A DNA stretch of 64,000 bases, taken from NCBI GenBank assembly GCA_030770535.1, contig JASVEC010000011.1, forward strand, positions 930,001 to 994,000, in the 5' to 3' direction. The notes beneath the pieces are model-generated. The model saw nothing but the letters and a program-made list of their open reading frames with translations, did not search any database and was not told the DNA's origin. This document shows positions 38,020-50,436 of the stretch, one piece after another; position 1 is the first letter of the stretch, and each line of letters starts with the position of its first letter. Source of the stretch: Batkoa obscura (taxonomy: Eukaryota). The position numbers were made by a program, and so were the translations under genes.

Positions 38020-39498
38020 TTAATTAATAGATTGGCACAGTTGAATAGCCTTAGCCACGTTAATAACTCCATATCCATATTCATTATTAGGATAAGATTT
38101 ATTAGTATCACCTCCACATTTCTCATTTGAATAAACTGGAGTAGCTGAAGTTCTCAATATATATTCTACTTTTTCAATATCTCTTTCCAATTTTGGACAA
38201 GCAGCCATAACTAATAAAGCAGCACCAGAAACATGAGGAGCAGCCATAGAAGTACCATCTAACTCTTTATACTTCCCTCCTGGTATAGCACCCATGATAC
38301 TAGAACCAGGAGCAGTAACATCAATAGCATTTTGATGAGTAGCAACTGGACCCATAGAAGAAAAATAAGATCGATAAAATGATTTATAATCGGAAGATGC
38401 CACAGTAAAAGAATTAGGATCTGAAGCTGGTGGAGAATCAATTGTAGAACAACCAGAATATCCATCATTACCAGCAGATACAGACATAAATATACCAAAT
38501 TGTTTTAAAGTAATTAAAGCTTGATTAAAAGTAGTACTGGAACAACCTTCTGAAGTTGGACAGCTATAAGAATTACCTATTACATGAGGACGTAATTCTG
38601 GTTTTGGATTATTACCGTTCAAATCTGTTGGTGCTAATAAGAATTGTAAACAGGATAAATAAGATTCTGGAGTACCATAACCTTGGTCCATATTTTTACA
38701 TGCAATCCATTTAGTAGTTGATGATACACCTAAATTTAAACCTCCAATAGTAGTAGACATAGTATGAGTACCATGATCACTATCATAACATGGTGCTTGA
38801 GTATTAATCCCACAACGACCATTTGGACGTTCAGGACTCTTAATTTTATTACCATCCCACCAATGATAATTATGATTATAAGTGTTATTATCAAGTTTAC
38901 CTAAATAATTGTTATTAATAGCTGGATGTAAGTAATCTAAACCAGAATCAGCATTAGCATAAACTAATTTGGAGGCATTATGTTTGACTTCTGAAGATAT
39001 ATTAATAGCATTGATAAATACTAAACTCCAATGAGGTTTCTTTCCATCCCAAGAAATTGCTCTCTCACTTTTAGTTTCTACTTGTGGTAAATTAAGTTTA
39101 AATTCTTGATTTAAACTTATTTCTATAATATTTTTATAAGTTAATAATTCATCAAGTATCTGTTTATCTTTTATAGTTATTAGAATAGTATTTGAGATAA
39201 AATAAAATTTGATATCTTTAATAGTTCCTAATTGTTGATTTTTGGTAATAAAAGATTCAATTGTTTTATAGCTTTGTTGATTGTGAGTGATCAATTCTTT
39301 ACGTAAGTTTAATAAACTTGAGATAAGTTTATTATTTGAATCAACTTGAATATCTTTAGGCTTAAATTGAATTAATATACGTACTTCTTTTTTATCTTCA
39401 AGTTGAGCTATTATTTTAGATTTAACTTCACTATTCAAAATGATTGAATAACTAATGAATACTAATTGAAAAGTTACTAATAATTGTATTAATTTCAT
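38020..39498 (-). CDS. Secreted S8 subtilase, bacillopeptidase-F-like (copy A)
   Basis: Signal and propeptide; catalytic DSG, HGTHT and GTSMA, oxyanion SAGN; WIACK and LAPTDLNG motifs. Confidence 0.95.
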   Translation of the reverse strand: MKLIQLLVTFQLVFISYSIILNSEVKSKIIAQLEDKKEVRILIQFKPKDIQVDSNNKLISSLLNLRKELITHNQQSYKTIESFITKNQQLGTIKDIKFYFISNTILITIKDKQILDELLTYKNIIEISLNQEFKLNLPQVETKSERAISWDGKKPHWSLVFINAINISSEVKHNASKLVYANADSGLDYLHPAINNNYLGKLDNNTYNHNYHWWDGNKIKSPERPNGRCGINTQAPCYDSDHGTHTMSTTIGGLNLGVSSTTKWIACKNMDQGYGTPESYLSCLQFLLAPTDLNGNNPKPELRPHVIGNSYSCPTSEGCSSTTFNQALITLKQFGIFMSVSAGNDGYSGCSTIDSPPASDPNSFTVASSDYKSFYRSYFSSMGPVATHQNAIDVTAPGSSIMGAIPGGKYKELDGTSMAAPHVSGAALLVMAACPKLERDIEKVEYILRTSATPVYSNEKCGGDTNKSYPNNEYGYGVINVAKAIQLCQSIN

Positions 39499-41578
39499 TT
39501 TTAGTTAATACTATTACTTTAGTTATTATTGTTTATATACTCATAAACAAATTATCAGGGATAGAATACATTTTTCAATTAATATAGCTAATTAGAAATG
39601 CTATCATATTGTTTCTCTAATAGTCCATATAATAGACACTGTAATGAATATTATCAATTTTAAATTTCTGTGGATCAAACTGTTAATAATTAGGTTACTT
39701 TATTTTTAACTATTATCCTCATTTTATATTTTAAGTTATTTACTTCTAAATAAATTATCAGTGATGGCCTATTATTTACTAAAATTTTAGCTAATTGAAA
39801 ATACGGTCATATTATTTCCCTTATGTCCCATCATACAAATACTCTACCAACCTCACTAATTTTAATTATTTAAATAAACTTAATAATTCCAATTAAATTT
39901 TAATTTGAATAAATTTGGAATAAATATAGAAATAATCAAAGAAATTGGCATGAATTTTGCTAATTTTTTTTGCTTCAATTAAGAGTCTTCTCTTATAGTT
40001 TTAAAACCAGGTTTTATAAAGCATTGTTACTTCCTTTACTTTGTTTTAAACTATAATTTGTATTGTTTATAAAACTACTCTTTAACCTCAATTTCATTAA
40101 TCTATTTTATTTTCTTGTTATAACCTCTTTTTCTTTAAATCCAACATCAACCTTTATATCTATTAATGTAAACTTCCTTTATGAAATTTAGTTATTCGTC
40201 CTTTTAATTGAATTCTTATTTTTTATTAAAATTAATTTTCTAATACGTAAAATAAAATGATAAAAAAAACATCAAAAGATAAAATATTAATAGAAAACAA
40301 AGTGATTTAAACAATGATAAAAGAGCAATAAATATAAATGCTAAAATAATTCCCAACTCTTGATATTTATAGTAACATGTTGAGAAATTATTTCATAAAA
40401 GCCTTGCTTAAACAAAGCCTTTATATTATATTTATATTATTGCCAAGTCATTTTTATTCAGATTAAGTTAGTTTAAAGAATACTATAATTTTCAACACAA
40501 CCAAATAAATCAAATTCTAAAGTACTAAAAGCAGTAATAAACTATCAACTAATAGCAATAATAGATAGAAAATCCTAGTATAATAATATTTATAATAAAG
40601 TTTAAGGGTTTCTGTATTTAGTATTGAACAAACAAAATAAATAAACTCTAGTTCGTCTAACTCCGCAGTTTGTTATGAAAAAAGTCACCTTAAACAAGAT
40701 GTAACAAAGAAATTAAATAAAAAGAATTGTAAACAAAAACTGAATACTAGATCATTATATACCCTTCACCTCCGATAAATAGTTAGTAAGGAGTATAAAG
40801 CAGAAACTAAATTCTATCTGTTTAAGGATAATCGATCAAAATCAAGGCATAAAGTCTAATAATTTCAAAGTTAGACTAAATTGAAAGTTTATTAGTAAAA
40901 ATAATGATTTATTGCTAATATTTTTTCGAAATCTGTCAGAAAAACATTACTGCATAATTTCGATTAAGGCTTGATTTTATAATTTATAAAAAAAATCCTT
41001 GTTTTACCTTGAGTTTTTTACCCGTTTTATTGAACTAATCGGTTTAGTCATGCAATCGTTCTAAGGATGGATAAGTCACTTTTATAAGAAATTGGGATGA
41101 TTATTTTTAATAATCTTCAATTTGAAATTAAAAACAATCAATTAAAGAATGTATATCTTTACTTTAAGTTTATTTGATTGGTAGATTTAATGATTTTTTA
41201 GTTTTAAGCAATGGAAATTGAAACTTAAGCCTTAAAAGGGCTGATTTTATCCATAAATAAATTGAAGCTTAGTGCAAGATTCAACTGAATATCAAAAGTA
41301 TAAGATAAAAGTAGGGTGGAAAAAAAAGGTATAAATAGACAAGTAAGAAAAATTAAGAAGGGAAAATTAAGTTTATAAATTTAACAGTTAAGTTGTTTAA
41401 AAGTAGCGTGAATAGGATTACCATTTTTATCTATAAAAATTGATCTTTAGTACCAAGTTTAGCTATCTCAATCAACAAATCCTTGCTTTTCAATATTTTA
41501 AGTTAGTCTTATTTCTAATTATTTCTAACTTACTTTTCAAGTTCTATTTATACCCAATCTTATTTATTTATTTCCTTA

Positions 41579-43063
41579 ATGTTACTCAAAGCTTTAAATC
41601 CATTAAAAATTGTCAATAAACATCGTATATCCAAATCCAGTGGCAATATATCACCATGTAATATACCTCCAATTTATATAATTAGGGCCAGAGGGGATTA
41701 TCATGCACGTAAATCAGAAGAGTTGTCTTTTATGAAAGGTGATTTGTTTCATGTTATTGGAGAAAGTGATAATGATTATTATAGTGTATGTGACCCATTA
41801 ACAAACAAAGTGGGTTTAGTACCAATTGATTTATTTGAAATTATAAAGAAATGTCCTAGATCTTTTGAAAGTAATAACAGTACCGTAAGAGTTCAACCTC
41901 GTTCTAATAATACAATCAGTTCTCATTCTTGTCCTGAATCTTCTTTATTTAATAATAACAACTTTAATAATAGAGCTTCTTATACCACTTTTATTGCAAA
42001 AGCGCTTTATGATTTTGATTCTGAAAGAGAAGATGAATTAGGTTTTAAAAAAGGGGATTTATTAATTGTATTAGCACAATCAACTGAAGATTGGTTTGTA
42101 GCTCGATTATTAGATGGTGAATCTAGCCCAGGTTTAGTGCCTGTTTCCTATTTAGAATTAAGGGACAAAAATTCTGGAGAAAAAGTAGATAATTTTAGTG
42201 AATATTTAAGAGATAAACACATCTCATTACCCTCTGTAATGGAATGGAAAACAATGACTACTTCTTCAACATTGAGTATGCATAGTACAAATAGTATTAT
42301 TGAACCTCAATCACCTGCTAGTATTTGCTCTTCTTATTCTTATATGCCAAATACACCCCTTGATGCTTTAACATTTGATTTTCAACATGGTATGAATATC
42401 AACAAAAAAGAGAAAGAACCTTTAGATACCGCTCATGTCACCTCATTTATAGCTGATGAAGGAAACTATATTTTCATAATACAGTTAAGATTTGAAAGTT
42501 CAGGAAAACAACGTACGCTATATAGGGATTACGATGCCTTTTTTGAATTACATACTGGATTAATAAGACAATTTCCCAAAGAAGCTGGACGATTTGGAGA
42601 TAAAAGGATCATACCTTATATGCCTGGACCCTTATCTCAAGTGGATGATAAAATTACAACACAAAGAAGAATCGATTTAGATTTATATTTACAACAGTTA
42701 TTTTTATTACCTCAACAAATCCAAAATAGTGAATTATTTCGCTCTTTTTTTAAAATGAAGAAAGGGGATTATGAATCGAATCTAATTCCCAATTTACTCA
42801 AAAATGAAGATAACAATGATAAGAATGAGGTAGGCGATATTAAAGTCAAAGTCAATTTTCGTGGTGATTTAATAGCGTTTAAAATGCCTAAAGATAGTAG
42901 TAACTTCGATTTACAAAAGAGAGTTTGTGAACGCTTTGGCGACGAAGTTGCTAAACTTACTTATAGAGATTTTAATGGAGATATTAAACCTTTGGATTTT
43001 AATATTTCTTTAGATCAAATATCAAAAACTCAATCTGGCAAATTGATGATTTATGCTTTGTAA
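41579..43063 (+). CDS. BEM1: Bem1/Scd2-like polarity scaffold (SH3-SH3-PX-PB1)
   Basis: Two SH3 domains (ELSFMKGD..GLVP; ALYDF..WF..GLVPVSY), PX domain (RIIPYMPGP), PB1 domain (IKVKVNFRGDLIAF). Confidence 0.9.
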   Translation: MLLKALNPLKIVNKHRISKSSGNISPCNIPPIYIIRARGDYHARKSEELSFMKGDLFHVIGESDNDYYSVCDPLTNKVGLVPIDLFEIIKKCPRSFESNNSTVRVQPRSNNTISSHSCPESSLFNNNNFNNRASYTTFIAKALYDFDSEREDELGFKKGDLLIVLAQSTEDWFVARLLDGESSPGLVPVSYLELRDKNSGEKVDNFSEYLRDKHISLPSVMEWKTMTTSSTLSMHSTNSIIEPQSPASICSSYSYMPNTPLDALTFDFQHGMNINKKEKEPLDTAHVTSFIADEGNYIFIIQLRFESSGKQRTLYRDYDAFFELHTGLIRQFPKEAGRFGDKRIIPYMPGPLSQVDDKITTQRRIDLDLYLQQLFLLPQQIQNSELFRSFFKMKKGDYESNLIPNLLKNEDNNDKNEVGDIKVKVNFRGDLIAFKMPKDSSNFDLQKRVCERFGDEVAKLTYRDFNGDIKPLDFNISLDQISKTQSGKLMIYAL

Positions 43064-43442
43064 ATTTTATTACTCTTTTAAAAAAAGATTCTTATCGTCC
43101 AGTCATCCTAATACTAGTTTTAGGGATTTTATCTTCCTTCCTCCCCTAACTCCCCCTCTCTTAATTATTTTAATGCTAATATACCATTTTGTAATAAATA
43201 TTTTTTTATATTAATTAACTTTGATGATTTTTAAATTTTATGCTTTATGAATAATTACACTATTAATAAATTTTGTTAATATATCCAAGCATAGTTGAAA
43301 TTAAATAAAAGCAAAATTTTAGTGAAAATTTTAATAGAAAGTGATCAACATGAAACAATAGTATTAACAGATTTTATTAAAAATATAAAACCAAGATATA
43401 TTTTATACTTTAATTTTTTTTTAAATATAATTTATAGAAACG

Positions 43443-45072
43443 ATGCCTTTAAATTTATTCCAACAAATAAATTTAGCCATATTAGTACCCCTTTTAGGTT
43501 ACATCCTATTACGAGTAAGATAAAGCAACATTTGACTCATCAACAGACTAATAAATAATTTACTAGTACATCTATGTAAAATATATCAGTAACTTACGTG
43601 ATGTACCTGGTCCAATTCTCGGCAAGATGTCCAGTTTTTATGTCAAACACTTTATAACCAAAGGTAATTACCATGAGTTTTTGAAACAAATTCATGATCA
43701 ATATGGCCCAGTAGTACACTTTGCACCTAATAGAGTGATGATCAATACTAAAAAATCATCCAATATTATCTATGGTACTTATAATTATAAAAAGGCCCCT
43801 TTTTATCGGGCATTTGATTATGGAGCAGGCAATATATTTTCAGTTGCGTAAGTTTATTAAATTATTGTTTCTATTTTATTAATAGAAATTTTAGTGAAAA
43901 AGAAGTCCATTCTGAAAGAGTAAGTTTTTTTGAAACTTTTATTGCAGGAAATATTAAATATTTTATAGAGAAAGATAGTAGCTCAAACTATTAGTAGTTC
44001 AAATTTAAAACAATTAGAACCTGTAATGATTGAATATGGATTTTTACCACTTAAAAAAAAGTTGAAGGAATTGTATGAGACTAAGGGACATTGTGATATT
44101 TATAAATTAATTCATCAAGTTTTATTTACAATTAATGGACAATTGATTTTAAGTGAAAACTTAGACTTATTAAATAGTAGTGAAAGTGATTTACCTATTT
44201 TAAAATGGCTAAAAGAAGCACAAATCTATGGCATTATGCAATATGAATTCCCAATATTAAAGACAATTGGTGGTGAACGTTTTGGCAAAAAAAGTTACCA
44301 GCAATTTATTCAGTTTTGTAAATCTAAGATACAAGAGCGACAACAACTTTTAGCTCAAATGGATACGTCCAGCGATATCACCGAATACAATGATATCTTA
44401 CAATCTTTCTTAACTAATAGCAAGAAGCCATTAACTCTAAATGATTTAGCTGCTGAGATTATCACTGGTTTTATTGCAGGTACTGATACCACAGCAAATA
44501 CTTTAACTTGGACCTTAAAATTATTAATCGAAAATCCCGATAAGCTTGATAAACTTCAACAAGAAATTGATCAATTACATAAAGAGAATTCGATTGAAGC
44601 CATCAATTATGAACTTATAAAAAAGAATTGTCCTTATTTAGAAGCTTGTATCAGTGAATCTATGCGATTATATCCAATTGGAGCTGGTTTTTTACCTCGA
44701 ATGACACCTAAAGGAGGAGTGGAGTTAGAAGGATATTACTTGCCAGAAGATTTAGAAGTTGGTATTGGAAGTTATGCTTACCATCGTAGTAATGAAATTT
44801 GGGAGAATAGTGATGAGTTTATACCTGAAAGATTTTTAGATTCAAGTGTTAAATCAAATTACTTACCCTTTTTAATTGGTCCTAGATCCTGTGTTGGTAG
44901 AGAATTTGCTTGGTTAGCTATGTCCCATTTTTTGACTTGTTTGTTATATTACTTTGAGATAGGATATTATAATAAGGATACTAAAGTTACTCCTTATTTT
45001 TTTTTGGTATTAAAACCTAAGGAATCCGAAATGGTGATTAGTATTAACCCTAGAAATGAGTTAAATGTTTAA
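43443..45072 (+). CDS. Cytochrome P450 (copy A), 4 exons
   Basis: Exon 1 membrane anchor from ATG 43443, VPGP hinge, AGTDTT I-helix, ESMR, PERF, FLIGPRSCVG. Confidence 0.93.
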
Positions 45073-45988
45073 ATAAACATTATTAAATGATATTATAGTT
45101 TATTTTTCTTTTTTTATAATTAGATATTTTGAATGGAAATTGAACTTTAATATTTACATAACTTTATTTGATACCATATTTACTATCATTGTAATAATTA
45201 TATTTCTAATAAATATAAATGAATTTTTTTATCTACAATAGAAATAAAAAGTACCCTAATAGATAATTGATATAAAAATATCCTCTTCACTCATGGTTAA
45301 TACTTGGTTCAAAGCGTTATGTAACTGAATATAAAACCTCATAGTATCTTTAAGTAATGAATAAATGTATATAATTTTTTAGTTTCTCTAATTTTACATT
45401 ATGCCTCCATCTCAGCACTTTCTTGCCTCACTTATCTCTTATTTTTCAATTGCCACTCTTGAACTTTATTCATTATTAAACACCCACAAAATGATTGGTT
45501 CTTTCAATTTTAAAAAAATTCGAAAATGAACCCTAAATTCTCGAATTTTACTATATTTATTATCAATTTACTGAGATAAAATTCAAATAGGATTTATTAA
45601 CAAAGTTTATTTAAAAATAAATAAAATGGTGATGTTCACTAAGATATCCATATGGTAGATCATAAGAAATATACTATGAACATATTCTCAACCGGTTAAA
45701 GTTATAGTAAATTGCAAGTTATTCTGATAATTTAACTAAGAGTAAATAATTTATAATATAATGTGATGATAATAATTTTAACTAAAATTAACTCAGTTAT
45801 TGGCAACTTGCTATTCATTAAAATACAAAGGTAATGAAGCCCATTATATTGTTCTCATGATCGATCATAAGGAAGATACTGTGATGGTATTTTCAATTAA
45901 CTAGATTTCGATGAGACATAGGCCATCCCTGATAATTTGTTTATGAGTATATAAACAATAATAACTAAAGTAGTAGTATTAACTAAAA

Positions 45989-47467
45989 ATGAAATTAATA
46001 CAATTATTAGTAACTTTTCAATTAGTATTCATTAGTTATTCAATCATTTTGAATAGTGAAGTTAAATCTAAAATAATAGCTCAACTTGAAGATAAAAAAG
46101 AAGTACGTATATTAATTCAATTTAAGCCTAAAGATATTCAAGTTGATTCAAATAATAAACTTATCTCAAGTTTATTAAACTTACGTAAAGAATTGATCAC
46201 TCACAATCAACAAAGCTATAAAACAATTGAATCTTTTATTACCAAAAATCAACAATTAGGAACTATTAAAGATATCAAATTTTATTTTATCTCAAATACT
46301 ATTCTAATAACTATAAAAGATAAACAGATACTTGATGAATTATTAACTTATAAAAATATTATAGAAATAAGTTTAAATCAAGAATTTAAACTTAATTTAC
46401 CACAAGTAGAAACTAAAAGTGAGAGAGCAATTTCTTGGGATGGAAAGAAACCTCATTGGAGTTTAGTATTTATCAATGCTATTAATATATCTTCAGAAGT
46501 CAAACATAATGCCTCCAAATTAGTTTATGCTAATGCTGATTCTGGTTTAGATTACTTACATCCAGCTATTAATAACAATTATTTAGGTAAACTTGATAAT
46601 AACACTTATAATCATAATTATCATTGGTGGGATGGTAATAAAATTAAGAGTCCTGAACGTCCAAATGGTCGTTGTGGGATTAATACTCAAGCACCATGTT
46701 ATGATAGTGATCATGGTACTCATACTATGTCTACTACTATTGGAGGTTTAAATTTAGGTGTATCATCAACTACTAAATGGATTGCATGTAAAAATATGGA
46801 CCAAGGTTATGGTACTCCAGAATCTTATTTATCCTGTTTACAATTCTTATTAGCACCAACAGATTTGAACGGTAATAATCCAAAACCAGAATTACGTCCT
46901 CATGTAATAGGTAATTCTTATAGCTGTCCAACTTCAGAAGGTTGTTCCAGTACTACTTTTAATCAAGCTTTAATTACTTTAAAACAATTTGGTATATTTA
47001 TGTCTGTATCTGCTGGTAATGATGGATATTCTGGTTGTTCTACAATTGATTCTCCACCAGCTTCAGATCCTAATTCTTTTACTGTGGCATCTTCCGATTA
47101 TAAATCATTTTATCGATCTTATTTTTCTTCTATGGGTCCAGTTGCTACTCATCAAAATGCTATTGATGTTACTGCTCCTGGTTCTAGTATCATGGGTGCT
47201 ATACCAGGAGGGAAGTATAAAGAGTTAGATGGTACTTCTATGGCTGCTCCTCATGTTTCTGGTGCTGCTTTATTAGTTATGGCTGCTTGTCCAAAATTGG
47301 AAAGAGATATTGAAAAAGTAGAATATATATTGAGAACTTCAGCTACTCCAGTTTATTCAAATGAGAAATGTGGAGGTGATACTAATAAATCTTATCCTAA
47401 TAATGAATATGGATATGGAGTTATTAACGTGGCTAAGGCTATTCAACTGTGCCAATCTATTAATTAG
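45989..47467 (+). CDS. Secreted S8 subtilase (copy B, protein identical to copy A)
   Basis: The 492-aa translation is identical to that of 38020..39498. Confidence 0.95.
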   Translation: MKLIQLLVTFQLVFISYSIILNSEVKSKIIAQLEDKKEVRILIQFKPKDIQVDSNNKLISSLLNLRKELITHNQQSYKTIESFITKNQQLGTIKDIKFYFISNTILITIKDKQILDELLTYKNIIEISLNQEFKLNLPQVETKSERAISWDGKKPHWSLVFINAINISSEVKHNASKLVYANADSGLDYLHPAINNNYLGKLDNNTYNHNYHWWDGNKIKSPERPNGRCGINTQAPCYDSDHGTHTMSTTIGGLNLGVSSTTKWIACKNMDQGYGTPESYLSCLQFLLAPTDLNGNNPKPELRPHVIGNSYSCPTSEGCSSTTFNQALITLKQFGIFMSVSAGNDGYSGCSTIDSPPASDPNSFTVASSDYKSFYRSYFSSMGPVATHQNAIDVTAPGSSIMGAIPGGKYKELDGTSMAAPHVSGAALLVMAACPKLERDIEKVEYILRTSATPVYSNEKCGGDTNKSYPNNEYGYGVINVAKAIQLCQSIN

Positions 47468-47659
47468 TAGTCGGCGTTGATATAAATAAAACTAAAAATT
47501 AATTGTATTGTTTTTTTATAAGTTCTCTAAATTAAAAAACTGCATAATCAATAATATTAAATGTCTTATCAAATAAGCTGTATAAGTAATCAAGTTCAAT
47601 TTTAATTTAGGTAATAAAAAATAAACTATATCAATATGATATGTTATTTATATTGTTTA

Positions 47660-49281
47660 CTAAACCCTTAACTCATTTCTATGCTTAATCCCAAGAATCA
47701 TTCCCTGTTCCTTAAGCTTCAGTACCAAGAAGAAATAAGGAGTAGTGGTAGCATCTTTATGATAATACTGAATATCAAAATAATATAAAAAGCAAGATAA
47801 AAAGTGGAGCATAGCTAACCAAGCAAATTCCCTACCAGCACAAGACCCAGGACCAATTAAAAAGGGTAAGTAATTTGATTTAACACTTGAATCTAAAAAT
47901 CTTTCAGGTATAAACTCATCACTATTCTCCCAAATTTCATTACTACGATGGTAAGCATAACTTCCAATACCAACTTCTAAATCTTCTGGCAAGTAATATC
48001 CTTCTAACTCCACTCCTCCTTTAGGTGTCATTCGAGGTAAAAAACCAGCTCCAATTGGATATAATCGCATAGATTCACTGATACAAGCTTCTAAATAAGG
48101 ACAAATCTTTCTAATGAGTTCGTAAGTGATTTCATCAGCTGGATAATCTTTGTATAATTGATCAATTTCTTTTCTAACTTTATCAAGTTTGTCTGGATGT
48201 TCAAGCAACAATTTTAAGGTCCAAATTATGGTATTGGCGGTAGTATCTGTACCTCCAGCAAAACCTACAGTGACTTCAGCAGCTAACTCATCTAAAGTCA
48301 ATGACTGCTTACAATCAGTTATAAATGATTGTAATATATCATTAAATTCAAAAGAATCGTCTTGAGCTAATAGTTGTTGTCTATCTTGTACTTTTGATTT
48401 ACAAAATTGAAAAAATTGCTGATAATCTTCTTTACCAAAGTATTTTCCTCCGATTATGCCTAATATTGGGAATTCATGCTGCATAACGCCATAGTACTGT
48501 GTTCCTCTAAACCATTTTAATATAGATGGTCCAGTCTCATCACTATTTAATACGTCTAAGTTTTCACTTAATATTAATTGCCCATTGATTGTAAATAAAA
48601 ACTGATGAATTATTTGGTTGACATCACAGTACCCCTTGGTTTCATACAATTCTTTTAATTTTTTTAGGAGAGGCAGTAAATTATTCTGGATCATAACGGG
48701 TTCCAATTTTTTTAAATTAGAGCTATTGAGCGTCTGGCTTACTACTCTTTTCTATTAAATCTATTTTAGTACTCTTAGCTCATTAGAATTTAAAGAAACC
48801 TTACTCTTTCCAAAGCAACTTCTTTTTCCCTGAAAACTTTATTAATAAAACGGAAATTGATAAAAAATCTACTTACACAGCTGAAAATACATTTGGTGCC
48901 CCGAAATCAAATGCCTGATAAAGGGGAGCTTTTTTGTATTTATGAGTACTATAGATGATAGTCGATGACTTTTTGGTATTGATCATAATCCGGTCAGGGG
49001 CAAAGTGTACAACTGGGCCATATTGGTCCTGGAGCTCCTTTAAAAAAGTATGGTAGCTGCCTTGGACTATATAGTATTTAGCATATAGACCAGTTACCTT
49101 ACCAAGAATAGGACCAGGTATATGGCGTAAGATACTGATGTATTTTACATAAATATACTAGTAAGTTATTTGTTAGTTTGTTAATAAGTTTATCAACCCT
49201 TCATCTTACTCGTATCAAGATATAACCTACTAATAATATTAATATGGTTAAATTTATTTTAGATAATAACTCCAAAGTCAT
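47660..49281 (-). CDS. Cytochrome P450 (copy B), 4 exons, atypical heme motif
   Basis: Same exon structure as copy A; GGTDTT, ESMR, PERF, FLIGPGSCAG. Confidence 0.9.
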
Positions 49282-49967
49282 TGTTTATATGATTTATCTT
49301 AAATATAATAATTGTAAGAGGATTACTTATTTTATATTTATACTTTTTTAGTTGCCTGTTAACATTGCTATACCATACTTATCATTCTTGTACTGTTTTT
49401 CTGATTAGTAATGCCTTTTACTGCCTTAAAATTTATTATATACAAGAAATAGAATCTTATTATGAAAATTAATACAATCCTATTAAAAATTTACTTAGCT
49501 TTGGAAGATATTTTAGTACTAAACAAATCTAAGCCTCAACGCTTAGCCATCCTTACTTTATAAAAAAGTTTATGACAGAGTTCTATCTTAACATATTAGT
49601 TTTATAAAAGCAAAAGTTAAATTTAAAAAATAATTAAAGGCAGTAAATTACAAAATATGAAACTGAAGAAATAAACATGAAATGATTTTATTTTGAGCCT
49701 ACAATCGAAGTGTTTTGCATATAACCCGTATTAGTATGAATTCTGGAATAACTTAAAAATTTAAATTAGCAGGCTTGTTGTTCCGAGTTATTGGAATTGG
49801 GGATTAAATTAGCTTATAGACCTCTGATGTCTATAATCTAGTTTGATTCTAAAATTATTTAACTATTATTGATAATTTTAATCAAATGCTATATCAAAGC
49901 AGCTAGCTTAATTTTGTTGACAATAATGTTTGTACATGTCATTGACCAAGTGCGTTGATTATTATAT

Positions 49968-50064
49968 GGGAATGTCTTTTTTATTTAAGAATTTCCTTAA
50001 CAATTTTTCCACTCAATAGCACCTAAAAAATGGAAAAAGAATTGAAACTAAAAAGTATCCTCCT
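49968..50064 (+). mobile_element. ~97-bp MITE copy 5 (diverged)
   Basis: GGGAATGT...ATCCTCCT termini with the consensus core. Confidence 0.75.
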
Positions 50065-50188
50065 ATCTAATAACTCCAATAAAATAACATTCTGATCAAA
50101 AATATAAGGTATTTTTTAAAATAATCTAATTTTTTGGGCCAAAATTGATTTGAAAGTCATTGATTACAACAGCAAATATTCTTAATAT

Positions 50189-50287
50189 GGGGATATATTT
50201 TTGTGTTCAAGAATTTTACTAACAACTTTTCCACTCAAATAGCGCTTAAAAAATGGAAAAAGTAATGAAACCAAAAAAAACACTCCT
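50189..50287 (+). mobile_element. ~97-bp MITE copy 6
   Basis: GGGGATAT...ACACTCCT termini, ATAT flanks. Confidence 0.85.
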
Positions 50288-50436
50288 ATATCGAAAAGCA
50301 AGTTAATTTTTCTGTAAACAAGTTGAACCATAACAATTCTATACCTTTACCAAAACGGACCTGCCCAAAGAGTCAGATTATTCTAGGAAATACTTTATGG
50401 ATACAGATATGAAAATTCTTTCACCTTTTAAACAAA

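Noticed and set aside
43443..49281. Secondary-metabolite gene cluster around the P450s
   Set aside because: No PKS, NRPS, terpene synthase or evident precursor peptide; the neighbours are housekeeping genes.
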